In this document: positions 18,784 through 28,425 of the stretch, one piece after another
Position numbering within the stretch: position 1 is the stretch's first letter
Layout of the letters: each line of letters starts with the position of its first letter
Source: Calditrichia bacterium
GTDB lineage: Bacteria > Calditrichota > Calditrichia > RBG-13-44-9
DNA length: 43,953 bases
Direction: 5' to 3'
NCBI GenBank assembly: GCA_037381445.1
Contig: JARRQT010000020.1
Coordinates: forward strand, 1-43,953
Translations under genes and position numbers: made by a program
Notes under the pieces: generated by a model
Databases searched by the model: none
What the model was told of the DNA's origin: nothing
Seen by the model: the letters and a program-made list of their open reading frames with translations, nothing else

Positions 18784-20907
18784 ATGAGGAAAGCTTGCTT
18801 GGTCTTAACCCTTTTATTATGTCTATCCGCCAGCGATCTGCTGTCGCAACCAATTCCTGATTACTACCAAAGAGATAATTTCCTGATGGCTCCCGCGGGA
18901 GTATTTCAGGATGGTCTGGTCGGTTTTGTGAATCCGGCAAACCTGAGAATGATCCGGCATTTTGAATCCCGTTTTTTATGGTCAACAAACGGTACCGAAA
19001 TAAATACCATTAATGACTGGGGCATCTTCGCAGGCGTTCATGGTTTGGGATTTGGAGCGGTGAGAAGGCACTTTGGTGATCTCAAAGTCACCGATTATCG
19101 CATATCCACTGGATTCGGATCGGACGGGCTGGCCTGGGGAATGGGGTATAGTTGGGCATCGGGCGATGATAATGCTTTTGGGCGCGAACGGCTTTTTACG
19201 GCTTCCACCATTATCCGTCCCTTCAAATATGTATCCGTGGGCTTGATCGGAAATTTTTCCTTGGAAAGCAACGCGAAAGAGGGGATTGCCAGTATAGGCG
19301 TTCGTCCGCTGGGAACCCCGCGGCTCACTCTATTTGCCGACGGCGCGATGCAGAGAGAGACGCAATTTTCCAATGCCCCCTGGAGTGCCGGGGCCGCAGT
19401 GCAATTGCTGTCGGGGATAAATCTGGTGGGAAGATATTTTGACGATGATGCGTATACGCTTGGTTTAACTATCAATCTGGGGAGAACCGGGGCCGGTTAC
19501 CAGGCCCATGTCGATCCCGACCGGGACCACGTCTTTGACAATTATATGGTGCGTGTGGGAGGTGTGCAACCCAGTATATTCGCTTTGGCAGATGAAATTG
19601 TTATGGACCCCGAGGGGCAATTGCTGCTTCCCGGCTACATTATGGGAAGAACCTTCTTTAAAGAAACGCTGGCGAAGCTCGGAATTGGATTTGAACCCTG
19701 GCGTTTTTTTAAATATAAATCAGCATTCGAATCTTACAGCCGGGACGATTTTTCAGAACCTGATCGTGAACAGCGGCAGGCCTATGTGGATGATTTGTAT
19801 AACATGGTGCGGGCGGATGTATGCGAGTCCCGGAAATTTACCCACACCCGGTTTGACAGTCTCATCAACGACGAAGTGATCTTTTTATCGGAGGACGCCC
19901 AAAAAGCCGGTTTGATCGATGCGGTGGGACGCTGGCCCTATGTGAAGGAAATCCTGAAAAAAATGTACGGTTCTTCGTTGCATGGAATCTCTTCTGATGA
20001 ATTATTGGATAATATCCTGCCTTACCAGAAATGGGGAAATAAACCTAAGATCGCAGTTGTCTATGGCCTGGGTGTCTGTGCGATGGACAAAGGCATAAAA
20101 GCGCGCTGGCTGGAAAAGGTATTTTTACGTCTGGCCAAAAATCACTCCGTTAAAGCTGTGGTTTTCCGGGTGGATTCACCGGGCGGAGATGTGATGGCCA
20201 GCGATGTGGTGGCGGAAGCGGTCAGAAAATGCAGCAAAAAGAAACCGGTTATTGTCAGTCAGGGACAGGTTGCCGGCTCCGGGGGATACTGGATTTCCAT
20301 GTATGGAAATGAAATAATTGCCGGTCCCAATACCATTACGGGCTCCATAGGTGTTATTGGCGGATGGGTTTATAACAAAGATCTGACAGAAAAACTGGGA
20401 ATGACCTCGGATTATGTAAAGCGGGGAGCGCATGCGGAAGTTGGATTTGGTGTGACATTCCCATTTACCGGAATAGAGCTTCCCGCTCGAAATCTCACGC
20501 CGGACGAGTTTGAAAAGGTAAAAAATATCATAATGCAATATTATGGCAGTTTTGTAAAAAAAGTTGCCCAGGGACGCGGCATGTCCGTGGAAAAGGTGGA
20601 GCAGCTTGCCCAGGGCCATTTTTATTCGGGAATGGAGGGTGTCAAGATCGGCCTGGTTGATGAACTGGGCGGTTTGGTCACAGCCATTGCCGTGGCGCAG
20701 GAAAGGGCCCGTATCGCTCCCGGCGAGAAAGTGGATCTTGTGGAAATTCCCGATTACAAAGGGTTGATCGATCTGGACGGGATACTTTCCCCCTTTGAGA
20801 CCAGCATAAAGAGAAATCAGGTATATCAGTATCTTCAGATGGCGAGCGAGCACCCCGGTGAGCCGCTGCCCATGTTGCTCCCGGGAACTTACCCGACCGC
20901 TGAGTAA
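18784..20907 (+). CDS. sppA: S49 peptidase (SppA-like) fused to an N-terminal predicted beta-barrel; apparent in-frame internal deletion near 19581
   Basis: Signal peptide; NPANL and alternating beta-strand pattern over the first ~260 aa; KYKSA (catalytic Lys region), RVDSPGG, AGSGGYWIS, TITGSIGV and GLVDELGG. ATG 18784 follows GGAGG. Confidence 0.8.
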   Translation: MRKACLVLTLLLCLSASDLLSQPIPDYYQRDNFLMAPAGVFQDGLVGFVNPANLRMIRHFESRFLWSTNGTEINTINDWGIFAGVHGLGFGAVRRHFGDLKVTDYRISTGFGSDGLAWGMGYSWASGDDNAFGRERLFTASTIIRPFKYVSVGLIGNFSLESNAKEGIASIGVRPLGTPRLTLFADGAMQRETQFSNAPWSAGAAVQLLSGINLVGRYFDDDAYTLGLTINLGRTGAGYQAHVDPDRDHVFDNYMVRVGGVQPSIFALADEIVMDPEGQLLLPGYIMGRTFFKETLAKLGIGFEPWRFFKYKSAFESYSRDDFSEPDREQRQAYVDDLYNMVRADVCESRKFTHTRFDSLINDEVIFLSEDAQKAGLIDAVGRWPYVKEILKKMYGSSLHGISSDELLDNILPYQKWGNKPKIAVVYGLGVCAMDKGIKARWLEKVFLRLAKNHSVKAVVFRVDSPGGDVMASDVVAEAVRKCSKKKPVIVSQGQVAGSGGYWISMYGNEIIAGPNTITGSIGVIGGWVYNKDLTEKLGMTSDYVKRGAHAEVGFGVTFPFTGIELPARNLTPDEFEKVKNIIMQYYGSFVKKVAQGRGMSVEKVEQLAQGHFYSGMEGVKIGLVDELGGLVTAIAVAQERARIAPGEKVDLVEIPDYKGLIDLDGILSPFETSIKRNQVYQYLQMASEHPGEPLPMLLPGTYPTAE

Positions 20908-21179
20908 TTAGATACCAAACATGCATCGGACAAATCCTTCAAATGGCTGTCCCATGTTTATGAAAGGTTCTATTTCATTTTTAAGCTGCGATTTACAGTC
21001 CGGGCGCTTCCGCATCATGCCGGCTTTTCGAATTTGTTCCTGAAATGCAGAAGAATGGTTCAAAAGTGCAATTCGTCATCATCCGCTCCCTTGCATACCG
21101 ATAAATTTGCGGCCCGGCTTTAAGCTCAGAAGTATGGATAGATATTAAATTTTTCAGTTTGATTAGTTGAGCATTTATT

Positions 21180-23549
21180 ATGAAAACAGCGGGAATTCTG
21201 TTGGTTCTTCTTCATATATATGTTGTATGCTACTCACAGACAAAAGTGGGATATCTGGAAGGAAGGGTAGCAGACAAAAGCACACTTCAGCCCCTGGCGG
21301 GGGTAAATGTGGTCATTCAGGGCACGCAGCTTGGGACTGCCACAGATGAAAAGGGCAAGTTTACTATCGGGAATTTAGCGCCGGGAAGTTATAATCTCGG
21401 ATTTTATTATGTGGGATTTAAAACGATCCTGAAATCCAATATAATTATCAATTCCGGAAGGACCACTTCCCTGGAGCTGGAGATGGTCCCCGACATACTG
21501 GAGGGAGAAGCGGTTGAAGTTACCGGCAGTTATTTTGAAAAGCCGAAAGATGCGGTGGTAAGCACCCGCACCATGGATTTTGAGGAACTGCGCCGCGATC
21601 CCGGATCGGCAATGGATATTCAGCGGGTGATGCAGGCATTGCCGGCGGTGGTTTCCGGGACCGATCAAAACAATGAAATCATCGTGCGGGGCGGAATCCC
21701 CGGTGAGAATCTCTTTTTGATGGATAATATTGAGATTCCCAATCCCAATCATTTTGGCGAACAGGGCACCGGCGGGGGGCCCATCAACATGCTGAATACT
21801 TTTATGATCCGGAAGGTGGATTTTTACGCCGGCGCTTTCTCCGCGAAATTTGGCGACCGGGCGTCTTCGGTAATGGACATCTCAGTGCGGAATGGGTCAA
21901 GGAAACGGTTTTCCGGAGAGGCGGAACTGGGCATGTCGGGTGCCGGATTACTGGTGGAAGGACCGCTTCACTGGAATGACGGCAGTTATATATTTTCCGC
22001 GAGAAAAAGTTTTCTCGATTTGATCATCAGTTCAACCGGGCTGACCGCCGTCCCGCGCTATCAGAATTTTCAGGGCAAGGTAAATTTTGAACTCAGTTCC
22101 AATAATTCACTGATGGTTAACGGAATCTACGGTTCCGATAAGATTAATATTGAAGACGAGGGCACCGGCGGGTATTCACGGGGTGCGGAAAACGTCGATT
22201 ATTCGGGCAGACAGTATGCTTTCGGCGCCACGCTGCGGACTTTCTGGTCGCGTAAAATGTTTTCCAATACAACCCTCTCAAGCGTGGGAAACATCTGGGG
22301 GATTGATGTCTACCGCAAGCCGGGGAAGGATTACTATTATCTGAATGATTCAAGAGAAACAGAAAATACGCTGAAAACCGATTTCGTCTATCAGTTGAAC
22401 AAGTCCGTTCAGTTGAACTGGGGAGGAAGCTATAAGCAGATCAATTTTGATCATAAAATTTCTGCAGAACCCGATACTATTTTTTGGTACAGCCCCGGTT
22501 CGGAAGAGCCGGACAGCATTTTCCGCGCCTATCCGCAGTGGATTGATGACCGGAATGTCAAAACCCATAAGACAGCTTTTTACTCGCAGATTTCCCTGAA
22601 TTTTCTAAAGAGGATGGAAATAAACGCGGGACTTCGCTATGATTATTTCGGCTATAATAATTTCCAATCCCTGAGCCCCAGGCTGGGTCTATCATTTTTT
22701 GTCAATCCCAGGACAACCCTCAATTTTGCATATGGCATTCACTATCAGTCGCCCGCCTATGTGGAGCTTACTCAAAATCCCTTCAACAGGAATCTGCAGA
22801 ATAAGTACACCCGCCAATTTGTAATGGGAATCGAGCAATTAATCCGTGAAGATATCAAAATGACCGTGGAGGCGTATTCCAAATCATATTTCGATGTTCC
22901 CGTTTCGCGAAGCATGACCACACCCGATCCTTTCGACAGTTACCAGGGCGAGCTTCTGAATGCCGGGACCGGATATGCGCGCGGAATTGAGTTCTTTCTT
23001 CAGAAGAAATTAACCCGGAATTTTTCAACGATTTTGAGTTATTCCCACTCGGTGTCCCGGGCTGGGGATCCCCGGTTCGGCACGGAATATAATTGGGATT
23101 ATGATTTCAGGGATGTTTTCACCTTTATCGGCGGATACAAGGCAAAGCTTTACAGGAAAGAATGGTATCAGTCGCTGCAGAAGCACTGGTGGTATAAACT
23201 CAGCGCCTGGATCCTGCCCTTTGCCGATGAAGTGGAGTTCAGTTTCCGGTTCCGCTACCTCGGCGGAAGGCCTTACACTGCGCCCGTATATCATCCCGAA
23301 TTCCGGCGCTGGCTGGTGGAAGAGCAGCAGCAGTTGAATCCGCTGCGTTTCCCGGCCTATCACCGGTTCGATTTCCGGATGGACCGCCGTTTCTTTTTCG
23401 GCAACAGGAACATGATTGTGTATCTGGACATCATGAATATTTACAACCGGCACAACATCTGGGAATATCAATACAATGACGACGGCAGCAGGGAAAAAAT
23501 CCTGCAGTTCGAAGTATTTCCGGTGGCCGGCCTGTCGCTGGAATTTTAG
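21180..23549 (+). CDS. TonB-dependent receptor with an N-terminal carboxypeptidase-regulatory-like domain
   Basis: Signal peptide; G.V.D..T..PL.GVNV..GT..GTATD..G.F; plug motifs LPAVV, IIVRGG..GENLF and FSAKFGDRASSV; GLRYDY, SPRLG and a C-terminal Phe. Confidence 0.92.
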   Translation: MKTAGILLVLLHIYVVCYSQTKVGYLEGRVADKSTLQPLAGVNVVIQGTQLGTATDEKGKFTIGNLAPGSYNLGFYYVGFKTILKSNIIINSGRTTSLELEMVPDILEGEAVEVTGSYFEKPKDAVVSTRTMDFEELRRDPGSAMDIQRVMQALPAVVSGTDQNNEIIVRGGIPGENLFLMDNIEIPNPNHFGEQGTGGGPINMLNTFMIRKVDFYAGAFSAKFGDRASSVMDISVRNGSRKRFSGEAELGMSGAGLLVEGPLHWNDGSYIFSARKSFLDLIISSTGLTAVPRYQNFQGKVNFELSSNNSLMVNGIYGSDKINIEDEGTGGYSRGAENVDYSGRQYAFGATLRTFWSRKMFSNTTLSSVGNIWGIDVYRKPGKDYYYLNDSRETENTLKTDFVYQLNKSVQLNWGGSYKQINFDHKISAEPDTIFWYSPGSEEPDSIFRAYPQWIDDRNVKTHKTAFYSQISLNFLKRMEINAGLRYDYFGYNNFQSLSPRLGLSFFVNPRTTLNFAYGIHYQSPAYVELTQNPFNRNLQNKYTRQFVMGIEQLIREDIKMTVEAYSKSYFDVPVSRSMTTPDPFDSYQGELLNAGTGYARGIEFFLQKKLTRNFSTILSYSHSVSRAGDPRFGTEYNWDYDFRDVFTFIGGYKAKLYRKEWYQSLQKHWWYKLSAWILPFADEVEFSFRFRYLGGRPYTAPVYHPEFRRWLVEEQQQLNPLRFPAYHRFDFRMDRRFFFGNRNMIVYLDIMNIYNRHNIWEYQYNDDGSREKILQFEVFPVAGLSLEF

Positions 23550-23555
23550 TGAATT

Positions 23556-23585
23556 AAAAAAGGGGCGAATGAAATTCCGCCCCTT
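23556..23585 (-). terminator. Intrinsic terminator of the four-gene operon (possibly bidirectional)
   Basis: AAGGGGCG...CGCCCCTT stem with a T-run on the minus strand, between the convergent TBDR and barrel genes. Confidence 0.65.
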
Positions 23586-23611
23586 CGATAAACAATATTT
23601 TAGTGCTGAAA

Positions 23612-24794
23612 TTATTTCAAAAAGACCGTCAGCGTTATTCTGCCAAAGAAAGTATTTTCCGATACATCATCGATGGTGCTGTTCAGACGGTCGCCGCCAA
23701 ATAGCTGATCGTTGAACAGGTCCGGCCACTTGTAGGTGACACTGCTGAAAGCGCCTGCCACATCGACTTTCCAGTTTGTGTTGCTGAAGCCGGTTCCGGC
23801 ACCTAGCACAGTCTGCGTATTGCCGCGCTGTTGATAGGAATTGCGGTACTGCATACCAACCCGGAACGGCACCTTGTTGAAGAAAATATATTCAATTCCG
23901 GCTTTCGCCACGAAAACATCGGAGAGCTCCTGGGTGGCGGGGACCACATCGCTGGAAATCTGACTTGTATATTTGGCGGAAGACCAGAATTCATAACCGA
24001 AATCCACATTCAGACGTGCCTGCAGCATCTGGCGGGCGCGATATTCAAACCCCGCATTCAGCTTCAGCGGGTATCCGATTTCCTCCCGCAGTTCGGCACC
24101 TTGCGCGTCTATCGAGCTGTATTTCACTGTATAGGGCAGATCGACATATACTCCCCCCGTGATTCTCTCGGTGGCGCGGTAAACAGTTGATGTTGTCCAG
24201 CGATCCCTGTAATACTCCTGCCTGAACGCCGAGTGAAAATCCGGGAAGAAGATCGACAGGGGCCGCTGCCGCCACACCGTATCTTTGCAGTGCGCCGTTG
24301 AATTCTATCCGGTTGTAGGCGACCAGCGAATCGCCGAATATGTTTTGCCGGACTTCTTCCAGATAATTGTAGTTCTGGTCGATTTCGGTAAATGAACCGG
24401 CCGCGAAGGTCAGGTTGTTCAGACCGGCGAAGGGTAATCTGAACGCGACGGCTCCCTGGGGACGGAAATACCAGTTATTGTTGATGGCGTATATTCCCTG
24501 GGCCACAATTCCGTCGAAGCGGTCATACAGGGGGAATGAGCGGCGTTCATCCAGCTTGCGGATGGACAGAGACAACGCCCCTTCCACCGGATTCTGAATC
24601 TGGGTGAGTGCGGCAGGGTTGTAAAGCATGGCCCCCGGAGCATTCAGGGACACGGAGCCGGCCCCGCCCAGCGACAGGGAACGTGCATCCGGGAACTGCC
24701 AGTATTGCCCGATGGGAAAAGAGGGATAGTCCTGACCAAATACAAAAATTGCCGAAATCAAGAGTAAAACTAAAATTAAGGGTCTATTTTTCAT
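23612..24794 (-). CDS. FadL/PorV-superfamily outer-membrane beta-barrel, split by a frameshift or deletion near 24190
   Basis: ATG 24794 follows GGAG; signal peptide; DARSLSLGGAG...YNPAAL motif. Amphipathic beta-strands continue in the second ORF (23612..~24190), ending FGRITLTVFLK. The 1183-nt span is not a multiple of 3. Confidence 0.72.
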
Positions 24795-24840
24795 TACGTG
24801 CATCTCCTGCATCAATCTGATTAGACATCTCATGGTTATA

Positions 24841-27420
24841 TTAAAAATGGAAATTGAATTCTAAATAATAAAAGTTCTGCGTCGGCTGCACCAGATTTGC
24901 CGCGTAGTATTTTCCCGGCGTAGTTATGGGCACATTGGTGGACTCCCGCGCCTCGATAAAATTAACGGGCTGCTGGTAATCCTTGGTATATTTGAAGCGC
25001 ATGCTGAGCTGTGAATTGACCCTTGTATAAAGGGAAATCCAGAAACGTGTCGCACCCTTCATGCTGTCCATCACCTGGAACTGGGTGTCTTCAAAATTCC
25101 AGAAGAAACCTTTGTAGTAGCCGATGAACCCCCGCAATTTCAGCCATTCGTTAAAATTGTGAGTGAAAATTCCGCCGATGGCCTCTGCCGGTGAACCGAT
25201 ATTTCCCGCCACGTTAACATACTGCAGGGACTCGCCGGTCTGAACGGGAAAGAGGAATCGCGGCCGCGGCCGGAATTTGGTCAGAGAGTTCATATAGAGC
25301 ATCCCCAGTTCATCGAAACGGGACAAACGCAGGCGGACCAAACCCCTGAATTCATAATTCTCGAAATATTCGGTGGTGGAATTGTTCAGCACCTCCCGTC
25401 CCTGAAATTTCTGGCGGAGATTGATGTTAAGGGGAAAGATGGGCCGGAAAGTGACACTGCCCACCAGGCGGTGCTGCGTCGCGTCGTCCGAAACCCGCCG
25501 CCAGTTATCATATTCAAGGCTAAGCACCGTCTCGCGGTTAATCTGATAGCGGCTGTTGAGGTAAAATCCCCTTTCCGCCTGGGGCTGGGGGTTGTTGGTG
25601 TAGAGCTGCCCATAAAGCGGATCCTGCAGATAGTAGTAGTTCTCATAGATGGTGCGTTTGAATCTTTGATAGTTCGAGAAAGAGCGCTGGTAGGGATTAT
25701 CGAATCCCAGGCTGTAATCCCGGTAAAGTCCCAGGAGCGAGAAGCTGTTGTATTGAACATAGGCGCTGGCGACCAGGGCGTGGGGATTACCGCTGAGAAA
25801 TCCTTTCGATTTATCCAGCTCGGCATATTCTCCCTGCAAAGCAACGTTTTGGTAAACTGTCTGAAAGTCGAAACCGTAGACCCGGCGAAAAGATTTGGCG
25901 TCTCCCCAAAGCGGATTCTCACCGTCCGACACCGGTCCGCCATAGGAATTATAAATTTCATTGTCCGATAACTTGATAGTATTCAGACTGTTTGGATCGG
26001 CAATTTCCGTCAGGTCCGGGCGGATCAGACGGTTGTAGGCGCTTTCATAATAAGTGAAACCCAACTGGGTGGCAGTTTTGAAATCATAGGCAAAGTGAGT
26101 GCCGTAGAGCAGTTCCGATACGTTGTTGCGCCAGTCCAGTCCCAGTTTCTGCCGTGCCTCATCGCCGGGAGCATATTGGAAGCGCTGGTCCAGCACTATC
26201 AACTGGTTCATCGTATATTGTTCTTTGCCATTGATCAAAACCGGGGTGCGGTTCAAAATGGCGTCCCTTTTGTCGAAAGCCCCAAACAGGAAGACATGCG
26301 CGTTCCTGTATTTCAATTCCGCGGCAGCCCCGGTCAGTTTGAATTCCCGGGTGCGGGAGTTGTCACCGGACAGGCCCAGAAAGCGTTTGCGAAACCCGAA
26401 TCCCGATTTGCGAGGCAGAAAATAGTCGGTGTTTTCCATTACAACACCCTGTCCGAAAGCCAGACTGTAGTTTCCCACATATAATTTCCGCAGTTCAACG
26501 GGGCCCAATTGCTGATTTTCAATTCCCAGATATACCTTGCCTTTGGGAATTTCCGCAACGCCGGTGTTGGCATACAAGAAGGGTTCGTCCAGAGAATGGT
26601 AATAGGAATATCCAAAATGGATATTGGGTCCCAGGCTTCCCATAAAACGCGTATATACATTGGGATAGTTATTGTTGATTCTCTCCGGCAATATTTCCGC
26701 GGTGGGAATTTGAGCGGTGGCTTCCGCCTCAGCGCTCATGAACGGAGAATCGTCCATCTGCATCATGTAGTGGCCGTGAAATTCCATATGTGGTTTTGGC
26801 GCTTCAAAGCTAACAAAATCGCTTGCATTACGGAAACCGTAATAGGAAAGATAGGGAGCGCTGCGAAGGTCTCTCTCACTGGAAATTTTGCCCACCTGGT
26901 GGCGGTAGTTGATAATGGCGGCCGCGTCGACCGGAGTGACATTCTGCAGATTCAGCAATTGATCATACGTGATCCGGTTAATATTGATCGGCTCCAGTGC
27001 CTGCTCTATCCACAAGTCGATCAGCGACTGATTAATTCCCTCATTGCCTTCCCACTGTTCCAGCTTGTAGTAGAGATTTTCAATACGCTCTTCGCGCTCG
27101 GTTTTCTGCTGATAGGGTTCGATTTTAATCAGCGGTTTTATTTTAAGAAACAGGGCAGGCGTCATACCGGCAATTTTGTTCAGATCATAAACGCTCTGAA
27201 GCGGTCCCTGATAGGTAATCCGATCATAAATTTTCCCAGCGAGACTCTCCGGAACCGGCAGGATGGCAATTTGCTCGAAGCTGGCGTTGTTAATATCCAG
27301 CTGATGCTGCGGAGTGTAGACCTGTGTGGAATCCTGCGCCGCTGCGCTGCCAAAAAACAGGAGGAGCGGAAGCACAATCGCGACGAATATGTAAGACATT
27401 CTGATAATTGATTTTTTCAT
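24841..27420 (-). CDS. Outer-membrane beta-barrel protein with two N-terminal ComEA-type helix-hairpin-helix modules
   Basis: Signal peptide; LDINNAS.EQI..LP....LA.KI...I...GP..SV.DL..I.G and ININ.IT..QL..L..V....A.AII.YR..VG.I.S..DL; then aromatic-rich amphipathic strands and a BAM-type end YYLEFNFHF. Confidence 0.85.
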   Translation of the reverse strand: MKKSIIRMSYIFVAIVLPLLLFFGSAAAQDSTQVYTPQHQLDINNASFEQIAILPVPESLAGKIYDRITYQGPLQSVYDLNKIAGMTPALFLKIKPLIKIEPYQQKTEREERIENLYYKLEQWEGNEGINQSLIDLWIEQALEPININRITYDQLLNLQNVTPVDAAAIINYRHQVGKISSERDLRSAPYLSYYGFRNASDFVSFEAPKPHMEFHGHYMMQMDDSPFMSAEAEATAQIPTAEILPERINNNYPNVYTRFMGSLGPNIHFGYSYYHSLDEPFLYANTGVAEIPKGKVYLGIENQQLGPVELRKLYVGNYSLAFGQGVVMENTDYFLPRKSGFGFRKRFLGLSGDNSRTREFKLTGAAAELKYRNAHVFLFGAFDKRDAILNRTPVLINGKEQYTMNQLIVLDQRFQYAPGDEARQKLGLDWRNNVSELLYGTHFAYDFKTATQLGFTYYESAYNRLIRPDLTEIADPNSLNTIKLSDNEIYNSYGGPVSDGENPLWGDAKSFRRVYGFDFQTVYQNVALQGEYAELDKSKGFLSGNPHALVASAYVQYNSFSLLGLYRDYSLGFDNPYQRSFSNYQRFKRTIYENYYYLQDPLYGQLYTNNPQPQAERGFYLNSRYQINRETVLSLEYDNWRRVSDDATQHRLVGSVTFRPIFPLNINLRQKFQGREVLNNSTTEYFENYEFRGLVRLRLSRFDELGMLYMNSLTKFRPRPRFLFPVQTGESLQYVNVAGNIGSPAEAIGGIFTHNFNEWLKLRGFIGYYKGFFWNFEDTQFQVMDSMKGATRFWISLYTRVNSQLSMRFKYTKDYQQPVNFIEARESTNVPITTPGKYYAANLVQPTQNFYYLEFNFHF

Positions 27421-27450
27421 ATTTTTTCAAACCATTTTTCGATTGACATA

Positions 27451-28335
27451 TTAAAACTCAACAGCCAGGCCCATTTGGTGAGTTTCCCCTAATTCACTAT
27501 GGGTCAGCAAGGCGTAATCAAGTTTGAACTGGGCGAACTGAATTCCGACACCGGCGGAGAACCGGTTGGGATTGGTCGTTCCGCCGAAACGCAGGAAGAG
27601 GTTCCGGAATACGTTGAACTCAGCCCCGCCGAGTAATTGAATATTTCCTACACCCACGGTCTTGTTGAAATCCAGTGAAGTGGTGACGCCGTCATACGGT
27701 TGATAGGATATTCCCACCACCACCCGCTGGGGAAGATCATGTTCCTCATAAGCGCCGATGTTGGGGCTGTTAATGTTCAAAAAATAGACACCCAGATGCG
27801 TGCGGTTGTATACGGAAGCCAGGAAGCCCACATCAACGCCAAAAGTGGCAGCGCTGCCCAGGTCTCCCAATTCCAGAGACTGGCCAAGCGACCAGTAGTA
27901 AGCCTTCAGAGAATATCCGAAAGAGAGGCTGCTGTGGATGTCTTTCAGAAGGTAGAAACCGTGGGAGAGGGCAATGGTATATTCCCCGGAGATATCCGTA
28001 TCTTTGTAATTAACACCAAAATACTGGAAAGACACCGAGGCAGTTCCGTATTTTCCCGGCAGCGGGTACGCGGCAGCGCCGAAAAAATTCCTCAAAAACG
28101 ATACATTAAATAAGCGGATGTAGGAACTTCCCACCACCGGCTGTGTGACCTGGGGAAGGCCCGCCGGATTATAATAGGAGGCCCACACGTCGTTGGCGAC
28201 GGATACCCCTGTTCCTCCCATGGCGGTGGCCCTGGCACTGGGATACCGGTCATCGAACAGCCCGGCCCGGGACCAGCTCACCAAAAGAAAAACAAAAATA
28301 ATGGTCATCAGAATTAGATTTTTCATCTGTTTCAT
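27451..28335 (-). CDS. PorV/PorQ-like (T9SS shuttle-type) outer-membrane beta-barrel
   Basis: Signal peptide; SARATAMGG...D..A.YYNPAGL; FGVDVG, LRFG and LDYA...H.ELG.TH; C-terminal Phe; 294 aa. Confidence 0.8.
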   Translation of the reverse strand: MKQMKNLILMTIIFVFLLVSWSRAGLFDDRYPSARATAMGGTGVSVANDVWASYYNPAGLPQVTQPVVGSSYIRLFNVSFLRNFFGAAAYPLPGKYGTASVSFQYFGVNYKDTDISGEYTIALSHGFYLLKDIHSSLSFGYSLKAYYWSLGQSLELGDLGSAATFGVDVGFLASVYNRTHLGVYFLNINSPNIGAYEEHDLPQRVVVGISYQPYDGVTTSLDFNKTVGVGNIQLLGGAEFNVFRNLFLRFGGTTNPNRFSAGVGIQFAQFKLDYALLTHSELGETHQMGLAVEF

Positions 28336-28425
28336 ATGCTGAACCTTTTTAAGTATTTACAATTCTGTTTCACTGTTATTTACCGTTGCTTTTTATCTTC
28401 AATTCAAAAATTGCGTAATTGAAAT

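Noticed and set aside
20908..21179. Cobalamin or TPP riboswitch upstream of the TonB-dependent receptor
   Set aside because: I could not find the conserved B12-box or TPP core motifs by eye; an Rfam scan would be needed to exclude this fully.
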